Part shown: positions 28,368 through 37,578 of the stretch, in pieces
How positions within the stretch are numbered: the stretch's first letter is position 1
Layout of the letters: each line of letters starts with the position of its first letter
Origin: Candidatus Caldarchaeales archaeon
GTDB taxonomy: Archaea > Thermoproteota > Nitrososphaeria_A > Caldarchaeales > Calditenuaceae
Reading direction: 5' to 3'
Assembly: GCA_039630085.1 (NCBI GenBank)
Contig: JBCNVM010000001.1
Span: forward strand, 128,001 to 192,000
DNA length: 64,000 nt
Program-made: the position numbers and the translations under genes
Notes under the pieces: generated by a model
The model's database searches: none
The model's input: only the letters and a program-made list of their open reading frames with translations
Told to the model about the DNA's origin: nothing

Positions 28368-28383
28368 GGCTTCCCCGGCCGGA

Positions 28384-28650
28384 TCAGAAGGCCCTCCTCC
28401 GCACCTCGCTGAGCGCGTCCCTGTGGGCCCTCCTCATCCTCAACATGTCGGACTTGACCTCGGTCATCTCCTCCCGGAGCTCCTCCCGCATCTCCTTGGT
28501 CCTCGAGAGCTCGTCCCTCGAGGCCTCCTTCAGCTCCGACCTCACCCTCCTCGAGAGCTCGACCCTCTCCTCGATCTCCCTCGGCCTCGTCGACCTGCTC
28601 CAGAACCCGCGGACCCTGAGCTTGGTCTCGACAGGTATCAAGACCCTCAC
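28384..28650 (-). CDS. Hypothetical coiled-coil protein
   Basis: E/R-rich helix, host-like codon usage. Confidence 0.6.
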   Translation of the reverse strand: MRVLIPVETKLRVRGFWSRSTRPREIEERVELSRRVRSELKEASRDELSRTKEMREELREEMTEVKSDMLRMRRAHRDALSEVRRRAF

Positions 28651-28653
28651 GCC

Positions 28654-28830
28654 CTAGATCGGCGCGAACCTGGTCAGCAGCACCACGGCCGCGATCAGCA
28701 GGGCTCCGGCGATCAGGACGACCTCCGGCCTAACCTTGACGCCCTTTCCCTCCTCCTCGAAGAACCTCAGGAGACCTGCGCCGGTCGCGGGCATCGGGGC
28801 CTCCCTGCGCCTCCTCCTGGACGACGACAT
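28654..28830 (-). CDS. secG: Preprotein translocase subunit Sec61beta (absent from the ORF track)
   Basis: MSSSRRRRREAPMPATGAGLLRFFEEEGKGVKVRPEVVLIAG..., 58 aa. Confidence 0.9.
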   Translation of the reverse strand: MSSSRRRRREAPMPATGAGLLRFFEEEGKGVKVRPEVVLIAGALLIAAVVLLTRFAPI

Positions 28831-28856
28831 CGGGCCGAAGAGGTCCGGACGAAGAT

Positions 28857-29639
28857 TTAGGTGCTGCGGGCCCGGGCCCTCGCGGCCCTCTCTCTCCTCC
28901 GCTGGGGCCTCTCCTCCGCTGACCAGAAGAACGGAGGGTCGGTCAGGTTCACGATCCTCCCGTAGAAGAACTTCATGTCGGAGACGTGCCCGGTGAACTC
29001 GATCCTCTCCCCTCCTCCGGACGCGATGTACCTCAGGAAGCCTCCCTCGTGGGGACCGGGGCTCTCGACGTACGCGAAGACCGGGAGCGCGTTCGCCTCG
29101 TAGTAGTCGTAGAACGGGAGGAGGACGCCGTAGACGTTCGAGCCATTGGCCCTGAAGCTGAGGATCGGGGGCTGGTGGCTGTCGTAGGAGGCGACCATCA
29201 GCAGCCTCATCAGCGAGGGCAGGTCCGAGACCCGCGTCAGCACGGGAGCCTCGAGGTCCGGGACGCTCCTCCCCTCGAGGGCCTCGACGAGGATCGCGGG
29301 AGGCTCGGCGACCTCGACGATCGGGGCGTAGAGGAACCTGGGGTCGTCGTTGGAGTCCGAAAGCCTCAGCTCCTCCCTGTCGATGTTCCTGTAGGCGACG
29401 TAGGATCCTCTGTCTAGGTCTTCCCGGACCTTGACGTAGAAGAACAGCGGGAGGCTGTTCCGCCAGTACGGGACCGAGAAGAGCGTTCCTATCACGGGAC
29501 CCTCGCTCGACTCGATGCGCCAGAAGAGCGCCTGGGCCTCAGGGTTGTAGAGCGCGAGCCTCGCGAGGTTCACTAGGTCGACTACCCTCACCGTGACCGG
29601 CGGCTTAAGCCTCAACGCGTCGTTCAGCACCCCCATCAT
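28857..29639 (-). CDS. Hypothetical protein made of two tandem ~110-aa homologous domains
   Basis: RV.DL..L.RL...LP.F.YV...Y..IV...PP occurs twice. Confidence 0.75.
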   Translation of the reverse strand: MMGVLNDALRLKPPVTVRVVDLVNLARLALYNPEAQALFWRIESSEGPVIGTLFSVPYWRNSLPLFFYVKVREDLDRGSYVAYRNIDREELRLSDSNDDPRFLYAPIVEVAEPPAILVEALEGRSVPDLEAPVLTRVSDLPSLMRLLMVASYDSHQPPILSFRANGSNVYGVLLPFYDYYEANALPVFAYVESPGPHEGGFLRYIASGGGERIEFTGHVSDMKFFYGRIVNLTDPPFFWSAEERPQRRRERAARARARST

Positions 29640-29774
29640 CCCGACGTCCGCGCTCTGCTTATAAGCTTCCCTCCTGAGCGACATCGGGGCGGGCCTTCGC
29701 CGTCAGCGAGTTTTAGGGGCCCGGGTCCACCGGAAGCGAGAATATCGTGGAATTGTCCGTGGAGTCCGCAGGCC

Positions 29775-31238
29775 TCAGCCCCTCAGACGGACGAACTGCG
29801 CGGCCTCCTGCGCCGCGCCCAGGAACGGAGCGGGGTAGACGCCTATGACGATCGCGGCGACCGCGAGGATAAGCAGGGCGAGGAGCATCGGGAAGGCCGA
29901 CTCCCTGACCGAGCTCTGGCCGCCCGAGGGCCCCTTAAGGAACAGCGTCTGGACGACCCTCATGTGGTACATCGCGCCTATCAGGACGTTCACGATCATC
30001 ACGACCGCGAAGGGCCAGAGGGGCGTCTGGAAGGCTGCGGCGATGATGACGTACTCGCTGACGAAGGCGTTCAGCCCCGGCATGCCCGCGAGGCTCAGAG
30101 CCCCGACGGTGTAGGTCACGCCGCTCAGGGGCATCATCTTCCCGGCTCCCGCCAGCTCCTCGAGGCTCCTGGTGTGGAGCGCGTGGATGAACGAGCCGGC
30201 CGCGAGGAAGAGGAGGGCCTTCGCGATCGCGTGGTTGAGGAGGTGCAGGATCGCCCCGACCGCTCCCAGCTGGTTGCCCAGCGATATCCCGAAGACGATG
30301 TAGCCGATGTTGGCGATGCTGCTGAAGGCCAGGAGCCTCTTGATGTCCTCCTGGAGGGCAGCCATCAGGTTGCCGACGGTCATCGTCACCAACGAGAGCA
30401 GCAGGAGGCCCAGCTGCCACCCGTAGGTCTCGGTGGGGAAGACGTTGAGGAGCAATCGGAGCAGCGCGTACACCCCGGTCTTGATCACGACGCCCGACAG
30501 GAGGGCGCTGACCGGAGAAGGAGCCGCGGGGTGAGCGTCGGGGAGCCAGAAGTGGAACGGAGCCATTGCCACGTTGACCCCGAGGCCCGTGAGGACCAGC
30601 GCGGCCGCGATGACCGTCCACGTCTCGGAGGCGATCGGTCCGGACGCGAGCGACGACCTGAGCCCGGCGAAGGTCAACTCGCCCGTGAGGCCGTAGAGGA
30701 GCGAGATCCCGAAGAGCAGGGCCGCAGACCCGGTGGAGCTCATGATCAGGTACTTCAGGGACGCCTCTACCGCCTCCCACTCCCTGTAGTTGAAGGCGAC
30801 CAGTAGGTAGGAGGCGACGCTCATGACCTCCCAGAAGACGAAGAACGCGATCACGTCGCCGGCGTAGAAGACGCCGAGCATCCCCATCGCGAGGAGCACG
30901 ACCAGCGTGTAGAACTCCGTGTGCCTCTCCGCGACGTAGCTGACAGCGTAGACCGACGAGAGCAGCGAGACCCCCAGTACGACGAGGGCCACGAAGTTCG
31001 AGAACCTGTCGAGGAGGATCACCGAAGTGGCCGGAGACGGCGCGACGCTGATGCTGGCGGTTATCCCCGCGTTGAACTGGGCGAGCGTGATGTAGAATGA
31101 AGCCGCGAAGGCGGCAGAAGAGGCCACGCAACCTCCCAGCCTAGCGCCCTCCCTCCCGAGGGTAGCGCCGATGATTGGCACGGCGAACGCGGCGTACAGC
31201 AGCACCTCGAGCTGGTCAGGGAGCGGTAGCAGCCACAT
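29775..31238 (-). CDS. Proton-conducting antiporter-like subunit (MrpD/NuoN family)
   Basis: FFVFWEVMS, PFHFWLPDAHPAAP, KRLLAFSS, NHAIAKALLF; ATG at 31238. Confidence 0.9.
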   Translation of the reverse strand: MWLLPLPDQLEVLLYAAFAVPIIGATLGREGARLGGCVASSAAFAASFYITLAQFNAGITASISVAPSPATSVILLDRFSNFVALVVLGVSLLSSVYAVSYVAERHTEFYTLVVLLAMGMLGVFYAGDVIAFFVFWEVMSVASYLLVAFNYREWEAVEASLKYLIMSSTGSAALLFGISLLYGLTGELTFAGLRSSLASGPIASETWTVIAAALVLTGLGVNVAMAPFHFWLPDAHPAAPSPVSALLSGVVIKTGVYALLRLLLNVFPTETYGWQLGLLLLSLVTMTVGNLMAALQEDIKRLLAFSSIANIGYIVFGISLGNQLGAVGAILHLLNHAIAKALLFLAAGSFIHALHTRSLEELAGAGKMMPLSGVTYTVGALSLAGMPGLNAFVSEYVIIAAAFQTPLWPFAVVMIVNVLIGAMYHMRVVQTLFLKGPSGGQSSVRESAFPMLLALLILAVAAIVIGVYPAPFLGAAQEAAQFVRLRG

Positions 31239-31352
31239 TCGCCGTCCCACGATCCGGCTCCTTAATATAACATAATCCGGCGGGGCTGAGGGGATCCGGA
31301 TTCCGCCTGACTCATCTAAATAACTCCCGATAGGCGAAAAGGACGGGGCGGT

Positions 31353-32378
31353 TTGCTGGCACGCGGGGTCCACGCGGCGCTCCTGGCGCTGCCGCCGGAG
31401 CTCTCCCACCGGCTCGGCCTCGGTTTCCTGAGGTTCGTCAGGAGGGTCGAAGTCCCGGACGGAAGGCTTCGGGTGAGGACGAAGTTCGGCGAGCTCGCGA
31501 ACCCCGTCGGCCTAGCGGCTGGCTTCGACAAGACCGGCGCCCACCTCGCGGACCTCGAGAAGCTGGGGTTCGGCTATCTGGTCGCGGGGACATTCACGAG
31601 GGAACCGAGGAAGGGGAACCCCAGGCCGAGACTCGTCAGGCTAAGGTCGGAGGGCGCGCTCCTGAACGCGATGGGCTTCCCAAACCCCGGGATGGACGCC
31701 GCGCTCGAGAGCCTGAGGAGGTCGAGGCCCTCGAGGGCGCCGGTGGTGGTGAGCGTCAGCGGCGTCAGGCTCGAGGACATGACCTACTGTTACGAGAGGG
31801 CCCAGGAGGTCGCGGACGCGGTCGAGGTCAACGTCTCGTCGCCGAACACGCCAGCCCTCCGGGAGTACCTGAAGGGCAGCGCCTTCAAGGACCTCTGCCA
31901 CGCGATCGCGCCGGTCAAGAGGAGGCCGACCTACCTGAAGGTTCCCCCTCCGGTTCAGGAAATCTGGGACGCGGTCCTCTCGGCGCTCAGGGCGTGGGTC
32001 GACGCGGGGTTCGAGGGCGTGACCGCGATCAACACGCTGCTGGTCCGGGACGGGAGGCTCTCGACGGGCTTCGGGGGGCTGAGCGGGAGGCCGCTGCTGG
32101 AGCTGACCTTCCGGGCCGTCTCGAGCATCAGGAGCGAGTTCGGCGAGGCCCTCGAGGTCAACGCGGTCGGAGGCGTCTTCTCGGGCAGGGACGCCCTCGG
32201 GCTGCTGGCGCGCGGCGCCACGACCGTTCAGCTCTACACCGCCCTCGTCTACAGGGGGCCCTTCGTCGTCCGGGAAATACTCCGAGAGGTGGTCGAGGAG
32301 CTCGAGAAGTCGGGATGCGGCGGCCTCGAGGAGCTCAGGGGATCCGTCGCTCTGGGCCGGGATCAGTCGCACCCGTGA
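31353..32378 (+). CDS. pyrD: Dihydroorotate dehydrogenase (family 2-like)
   Basis: NPVGLAAGFDK, GNPRPRL, NVSSPNTP, GGLSG. Confidence 0.92.
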   Translation: MLARGVHAALLALPPELSHRLGLGFLRFVRRVEVPDGRLRVRTKFGELANPVGLAAGFDKTGAHLADLEKLGFGYLVAGTFTREPRKGNPRPRLVRLRSEGALLNAMGFPNPGMDAALESLRRSRPSRAPVVVSVSGVRLEDMTYCYERAQEVADAVEVNVSSPNTPALREYLKGSAFKDLCHAIAPVKRRPTYLKVPPPVQEIWDAVLSALRAWVDAGFEGVTAINTLLVRDGRLSTGFGGLSGRPLLELTFRAVSSIRSEFGEALEVNAVGGVFSGRDALGLLARGATTVQLYTALVYRGPFVVREILREVVEELEKSGCGGLEELRGSVALGRDQSHP

Positions 32379-32421
32379 GGAACACAAACTTTTTTACCGA
32401 TCAGTTTCGCAAAGGAACAGG

Positions 32422-33342
32422 TTGAGCCCGCTGGGGGGAGGGAAGAAGGCTCCTGAAGAGCTAGCGGAGCTCAGGGCGATGATACAGGAGCTCCTCAACC
32501 GCCTCGACGGCGTGAGCTCCGAGCTCTTAAGCGTTAAGGAGCAGCTGGAGGCAGCTCTGCGGAGGGATGAGAACCAGCTCGTCGCCCTCCAAGAGAGGCT
32601 GACCAGGACCGCGGTGGAGGAGCTCCGCTCGATGAAGGAGGACCTGAACCAGCTCTTCAGGCTCGAGGCGGGCGTTATAGTCCTGAACCTCGAGAAGGTC
32701 GTCGACGAGCTGAGGAACAACCTCCTCTTGGTGAAGAAGGTCCAGGAGTACCAGGACAGAATGGAAGAGTACCTGAAGATGCAGCTGAGCAGTGCCGACG
32801 AGCTCGAGCGGGCCAGGAACCTCCTCGAGGAGGAGAGGGAGGCTCTGAAGGCGGAGCTCGCGAGGCTCACTGCCCTCAGGGAGGCAACGCTCAGGGCCAA
32901 GCAGGAGCTCGAGGAGCGCGAGCGGAGGATAGGCGACTACGTGGCCCGGATAACGGAGCTCGAGGCCAGGAAGTCCGAGCTGGAGGGTAAGGTCAGGCAG
33001 CTCGAGGAGAGGTACTTGAGGGCGCTCGAGGAGGCCTCTTCCAGGATCGAGAGGGCCTTCTCCGACCTCGACAGGCGGTTCAGGGTCAGGGAGGCGAGGC
33101 TCATGAGGCTCTCAAGGCTGGAGGAGTCGAAGAGGGAGGAGCTCTCCAAGCTCGAGGTGGAGCGTTCCGTCCTCATGTCCTACAACGAGCAGTTCGCGAG
33201 GCTCGTGGAGGAGATCAAGAGGCTCGAGGCCAAGAAGGAGGCCCTCGAGTCGGAGATCAAGAGGCTCGAGGCCAACAGGAAGTACTACATGGAGGTCGAC
33301 GAGTCCGGCGTGGAGGAGGACGTAATAAGGGGGAGCCGCTAG
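32422..33342 (+). CDS. Long coiled-coil hypothetical protein
   Basis: 306 aa, almost entirely E/L/R/K heptads, no ATPase motif. Confidence 0.8.
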   Translation: MSPLGGGKKAPEELAELRAMIQELLNRLDGVSSELLSVKEQLEAALRRDENQLVALQERLTRTAVEELRSMKEDLNQLFRLEAGVIVLNLEKVVDELRNNLLLVKKVQEYQDRMEEYLKMQLSSADELERARNLLEEEREALKAELARLTALREATLRAKQELEERERRIGDYVARITELEARKSELEGKVRQLEERYLRALEEASSRIERAFSDLDRRFRVREARLMRLSRLEESKREELSKLEVERSVLMSYNEQFARLVEEIKRLEAKKEALESEIKRLEANRKYYMEVDESGVEEDVIRGSR

Positions 33343-33734
33343 CCGACCCTCTTCGAGATCTTCTCAAGCAGGTCCACTGCGTAGGCCAGCAGGTCAAGCT
33401 GCTCGCTCATCTCGACCAGCGCCTCCTCGAGCCTCCTCACCCTCTCTTGGAGCGAGCGGATCTCCTGGAGGACGGCCGACCTTAGGTCCTCGTCGACGGA
33501 GGTTGGCCTCTGCGCCAGCGACGAGACGACCGACTCCAGCCTCCCGACGCGTCCCTCGACTCCGCCGAGCCTCTGCTCGTGGTCATCGAGGTACCTCTCC
33601 ACCTCGCCGAAGTAGTCGTCGTGTTCCTTGAGGGCCCTCAGGACGCCCTTCAGCGTGGGGACGCTGCCGTGCGGGGTCTCGATGTAGTCGATCTGGATCC
33701 TGTCCTCGACCTCCCGGTCCTCGGCCTCGCTCAT
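33339..33734 (-). CDS. Coiled-coil hypothetical protein
   Basis: 131 aa, short beta hairpin (IETPHGSVPT) then coiled coils. Confidence 0.75.
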   Translation of the reverse strand: MSEAEDREVEDRIQIDYIETPHGSVPTLKGVLRALKEHDDYFGEVERYLDDHEQRLGGVEGRVGRLESVVSSLAQRPTSVDEDLRSAVLQEIRSLQERVRRLEEALVEMSEQLDLLAYAVDLLEKISKRVG

Positions 33735-33934
33735 CCCGCGTTCCGATCCTTCCGGCCGTAATTAAGGGCTCCCGTATGTGACCCGACGGCCGATGGTCTT
33801 CTCGTCTCCGTCTTGGCCGGTCGCTCCGCGTCTCAGAGGGTCGGGGCGCTCAAGACCAGCTTGTCCTGTTACCTCCGCGTCCCTCACGAATAGCTCTTGG
33901 AGGGTTCAGAGAGCCGGATTTCCCGGATCTCGGT

Positions 33935-33976
33935 CAAGTATCAGGGGTGATACCTAGGTATCAGTGGTGATACTTG
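33935..33976. promoter_or_regulatory. Double palindromic operator
   Basis: CAA-GTATCA GGGG TGATAC-CTAG-GTATCA GTGG TGATAC-TTG. Confidence 0.8.
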
Positions 33977-34270
33977 CCCTTCGATGTCCTGCCCAAGACC
34001 AACAGGGAAGACATATTCGGAAGGGAGAAGGAACTCTCGAGGGTCTTCCTGAGGTCAAGCTACCGAAGGCTGATCCTGTGGGGCATCGGGAAGGGCAACC
34101 ACAGGTGGGTCGAGATCAAGCGGGCCGTTGAGACCTAGTCGGGAGCCCACGTGACCAACGCTCAGCTCACCAAGCTGCTCTGCTCCCTCGGTAAGTTGGG
34201 CTTGGTCGAGAAGGTCGGGGACTCGTACGTCCTCTCCGACCCGCTGATCGCTAGGGCGGTGGGACTCTAG
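33974..34270 (+). pseudogene. Internally deleted archaeal ATPase (AAA+/wHTH) pseudogene
   Basis: MPFDVLPKTNREDIFGREKEL fused in frame to a C-terminal wHTH (RWVEIK...LVEKVGDSYVLSDPLI); no Walker motifs; internal TAG at 34136-34138. Confidence 0.8.
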
Positions 34271-34273
34271 CCC

Positions 34274-35314
34274 TCAGAACTCGACCATCACCTTTAGCGC
34301 CTTCCTCGCCGCGAAGAGCTCGAACCCCCTCGGAACCTCTTCAAGGGTCACGCGGTGGGTGATCACGACGCTCGGGTCTATCCTGTTGCGCGCGATGTAC
34401 GCGAGGAGCGTCTCGCCGTTCCTTATCGCGTCCCCTATCGAGAAGACGAGCCTCTTCTCCGTGAGCCAGAGCATCCCCGAAGGTATTGCGTACTCGTGGA
34501 GGTGGTACCCGACGACCGAGATCGTTCCCTTCCGCCTCGCGGCCTCGATCGCTGTCATCAGCGGCTCGACGGACCTCCCGACCGCCTCCACTACTATGTC
34601 CGCCCCCACGCCGTCAGTCATCCTCCTCACCTCCTCCGCGACGTCGACCTCGGCGGCGTTGAGCGTCGAGAGCCCGAGGCCCTCCGCCACCGCGAGCCTC
34701 TCCTTGACCGCGTCGACCATCACGACCTCCGACGCGCCCAGCAGACGCGCGAAGATCCCCGAGTAGAGCCCGACCGCACCGCAGCCTATCACGACCGCGA
34801 AGTCGCCCGGCCTCATGCCCCCTCCGACGATCGCCTCGTAGCCCGTGGCGAGGCTGTCGCCCACCGTGACCAGCTTCGCGTCGGGCACGCCCTCCGGGGC
34901 CCGCAGCAGGACCGTGTCGGCGTAGGGCACCCTCACGAGCTCCGCGAAGGCGCCGTCGAGGGTCTCGCCGTAGACCGGGCCCATCCCGTAGATGTTCACG
35001 TTCGCGCACTGCGTGTAATGTCCGCGCCTGCAAAACCAACAGGTGCCGTCGGCGATCCAGCAGGAGGAGATCACCCGGTCGCCGGGCCTGAACCTCCTGA
35101 CCGCGGGCCCTACCTCCTCGACTACCCCCATGAACTCGTGGCCCATCACGCTGCCCGGCACCGAGGTCAGCTCTCCCCTGTAGAGGTGGAGGTCTGTGCC
35201 GCAGATGCACGCGGAGGTCGGCCTGACCAGGGCGTCGGTCTCGCTCCGGAGCCTCGGCCTCTCGACCTCCTCGACCCTGATGTCGCCGGGCCCGTACCAC
35301 CTCGCGGCCCTCAT
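34274..35314 (-). CDS. Zn-dependent alcohol dehydrogenase (MDR, FDH-like)
   Basis: CICGTDLH, GHEFMG, structural Zn cysteines, GCGAVG. Confidence 0.92.
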   Translation of the reverse strand: MRAARWYGPGDIRVEEVERPRLRSETDALVRPTSACICGTDLHLYRGELTSVPGSVMGHEFMGVVEEVGPAVRRFRPGDRVISSCWIADGTCWFCRRGHYTQCANVNIYGMGPVYGETLDGAFAELVRVPYADTVLLRAPEGVPDAKLVTVGDSLATGYEAIVGGGMRPGDFAVVIGCGAVGLYSGIFARLLGASEVVMVDAVKERLAVAEGLGLSTLNAAEVDVAEEVRRMTDGVGADIVVEAVGRSVEPLMTAIEAARRKGTISVVGYHLHEYAIPSGMLWLTEKRLVFSIGDAIRNGETLLAYIARNRIDPSVVITHRVTLEEVPRGFELFAARKALKVMVEF

Positions 35315-35324
35315 GCCCGACCCC

Positions 35325-35768
35325 TCAGGCGAGGAACTCCGTCGGGACCTTCTTGATCGCGTTGACGAAGGCCGCAGCCGCGGCCGCGTTCGAGAGGAGC
35401 TTGGCGACGTTCCCCTTGACCCTGAGCTGGCCGGTCATCACGGCCAGGGTCGGGCTGAGCTTCCCCTGGGCGACCTTCTTCATGTTCTCGTAGCTCCCGA
35501 CGATCACGATAGGCGCGGGCTTCTCGTCCGCGGTCCTGACGATCTCGAACTGCCTGCACTTCCCCCGGTGGAGGTCCAGCCAGGCTCCTATCTGCTCGGC
35601 CCCGAAGTACTCCCTGACGGCGGGCGGGAGGTTCGTCATCAGGAGCGTTATGGGGTCCTCCCAGTCCTTCGCAGCTGAGTTGTACTCGGGATCCCCGTTC
35701 AGGACCTCTACGAAGCGCTCGAACCACTCCCTAGAACCGAAGACGAACCTCCGCTGCTCCGACGACAA
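35325..35768 (-). CDS. SCP2 sterol/lipid-binding domain protein
   Basis: GKLSPTLAVMTGQLRVKGNVAKL. Confidence 0.85.
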   Translation of the reverse strand: MSSEQRRFVFGSREWFERFVEVLNGDPEYNSAAKDWEDPITLLMTNLPPAVREYFGAEQIGAWLDLHRGKCRQFEIVRTADEKPAPIVIVGSYENMKKVAQGKLSPTLAVMTGQLRVKGNVAKLLSNAAAAAAFVNAIKKVPTEFLA

Positions 35769-35904
35769 GCCAACGCGTAATCCCGTCTCGGTTCATTTAA
35801 GCGTTCGAGGCCGATCGGCGCGAGAGCGGCCGTCCCTCGGGGCGGGGCCCCTCCCGGTCCGCGCCTCAAGGGTCTTTAGGAGCCGAAGGGCCGGAGTCCC
35901 GGGC

Positions 35905-37065
35905 TTGGGTCAACGGGAGCTCCCTAAGGTCGGCGACGTGATGAGCAGGCGGTTCGAGGCGGTCCAGGCCGACGATCCCCTGATCAGGGTCGCGAGCGTC
36001 TTCGCGGAGAAGGACGTCGACGTGGTTCTCGTGCTCTCGGGCGACCAGCTCGTGGGGCTGATCACGGAGAGGGTCCTCCTCAGGCCGAAGCTCAACCTAC
36101 AGCAGGTCAAGGCTAGGACCTTCGCGATCCCGGTGCCGAGGCTGAGGCCGGAGGACGGCGTCGCGAGGGCAGCCAAGCTGATGATGGAGAACAACATCAA
36201 GGCCCTCCCGGTGGTGGAGGACGGCTCCAGGCCCGTGGGGGTCGTCGGGGTCTTCGACCTCCTCGAGGGGTGCAGGGAGCTGCTCAGGGGCTACAAGGTC
36301 AGGCAGGTGATGACCGAGGACCCGATTACGGTTGGGGCCGACGAGAGCGTCGGCAGGGCCGTAGCCCTGATGAGGGACGAAGGCATCTCCAGGCTCCCGG
36401 TTGTCCAGGACGGAAGGCTGGTGGGAATAGTCACGCTCCACGACCTCATCGTGAAGGTCCTAGGGCCGAGGTACAGGTCGACCGTTGGCGAGGTCCTCGG
36501 CGAGAAGGTGCCGACGCTGGGGACGAGGGTGAGGGACGTCATGAACAGCCCCGTGATCACCTGCTCCCCCAACGACGAGCTCCTCGAGACCGTGGAGAAG
36601 ATGAGGCACTACGACGTCTCGTGCGTCGTGGTGACGGAGGGCCAGAGGGTCGTCGGGATACTGACGAGGACCGACGCGCTGGAGCCCCTCGCCTCGATGG
36701 GTGAGGAGGTAGCCGGCGTCCACGTCCAGGTGACGTTCAAGCTGGCGAACGCGCCCAGCGAGCAGGAGAAGTCGAGCGTCCTCGAGTCGGTGAGCTCGTT
36801 CGTGAAGAGGTACGGGAGCACGATCGGCGTCGGCACGATCACCCTCCACTTCAAGGAGCACAAGGAGAAGCACGGCGACGTCCACCTGATCCACTGCAGG
36901 GCGAGGCTCAACACGGACAGGTACAGGATAGTCGCGGTGGGGGAGGGATGGACGCTGACGCTGGCCGCGAGGGCCGCGCTCCACAGGATCGAGAGGCAGC
37001 TCACGGTCAGCAAGGAGCTCGAGGCCCGGTACGACTGGCTGACGGACCTGGCGGAGAGGTATTGA
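35905..37065 (+). CDS. 4xCBS protein with C-terminal HPF/RaiA-like domain (ribosome hibernation factor candidate)
   Basis: Two CBS pairs, then a beta-alpha-beta3-alpha domain ending AVGEGWTLTLAARAALHRIERQL; TTG at 35905. Confidence 0.8.
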   Translation: MGQRELPKVGDVMSRRFEAVQADDPLIRVASVFAEKDVDVVLVLSGDQLVGLITERVLLRPKLNLQQVKARTFAIPVPRLRPEDGVARAAKLMMENNIKALPVVEDGSRPVGVVGVFDLLEGCRELLRGYKVRQVMTEDPITVGADESVGRAVALMRDEGISRLPVVQDGRLVGIVTLHDLIVKVLGPRYRSTVGEVLGEKVPTLGTRVRDVMNSPVITCSPNDELLETVEKMRHYDVSCVVVTEGQRVVGILTRTDALEPLASMGEEVAGVHVQVTFKLANAPSEQEKSSVLESVSSFVKRYGSTIGVGTITLHFKEHKEKHGDVHLIHCRARLNTDRYRIVAVGEGWTLTLAARAALHRIERQLTVSKELEARYDWLTDLAERY

Positions 37066-37571
37066 GGATCGCGGCTCCCGAGGGAGGGGAGGGCAAGGCT
37101 GCGGTCGGAGCGATCTTCGACCCCGAGGGTGGAGTGCTGGTCGTGAAGAGGGCCGCGAGGGCCGACGATCCCTGGTCCGGCCAGTGGGCCCTGCCCGGGG
37201 GGAGGTGGACGTGGGGAGACCTGGACCTCTGGGAGACCGCGAGGAGGGAGGTGCTCGAGGAGACTGGCATCGACATCGAGGCGCTGGAGCCGATCGGGTG
37301 GTTCGGGCCGGTATCGCCGATGAACAGGCCCGAGCTGAGGGTCCACGTCGTCGCCCTGAGGGCCGGTTCGAGGCCTAAGGTCAGGTTGAGCGAGGAGCTC
37401 GTCGACTTCAGGTGGGTCAGGCCCTCCTCGATGAGGAGGTCCACGGTCAGGGTCCTGACTTCGTTCGGCGAGAGGGAGGTGGAGGCGCTAGTGGAGGGGG
37501 ATGTCCTGGTCTGGGGCCTCACCTACCGGATCCTCGGAATGCTGCTCTCGTCGGGCGTCGCGGTGGGCTGA
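37062..37571 (+). CDS. Nudix hydrolase (CoA pyrophosphatase-like)
   Basis: DPWSGQWALPGG...ARREVLEETG, VWGLTYRIL. Confidence 0.88.
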   Translation: MRIAAPEGGEGKAAVGAIFDPEGGVLVVKRAARADDPWSGQWALPGGRWTWGDLDLWETARREVLEETGIDIEALEPIGWFGPVSPMNRPELRVHVVALRAGSRPKVRLSEELVDFRWVRPSSMRRSTVRVLTSFGEREVEALVEGDVLVWGLTYRILGMLLSSGVAVG

Positions 37572-37578
37572 GGCCGCC

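Noticed and set aside
34136-34138. Pyrrolysine or read-through at the internal TAG
   Set aside because: The gene also lacks its ATPase core and no pyl genes are in the window; decay is the simpler explanation.
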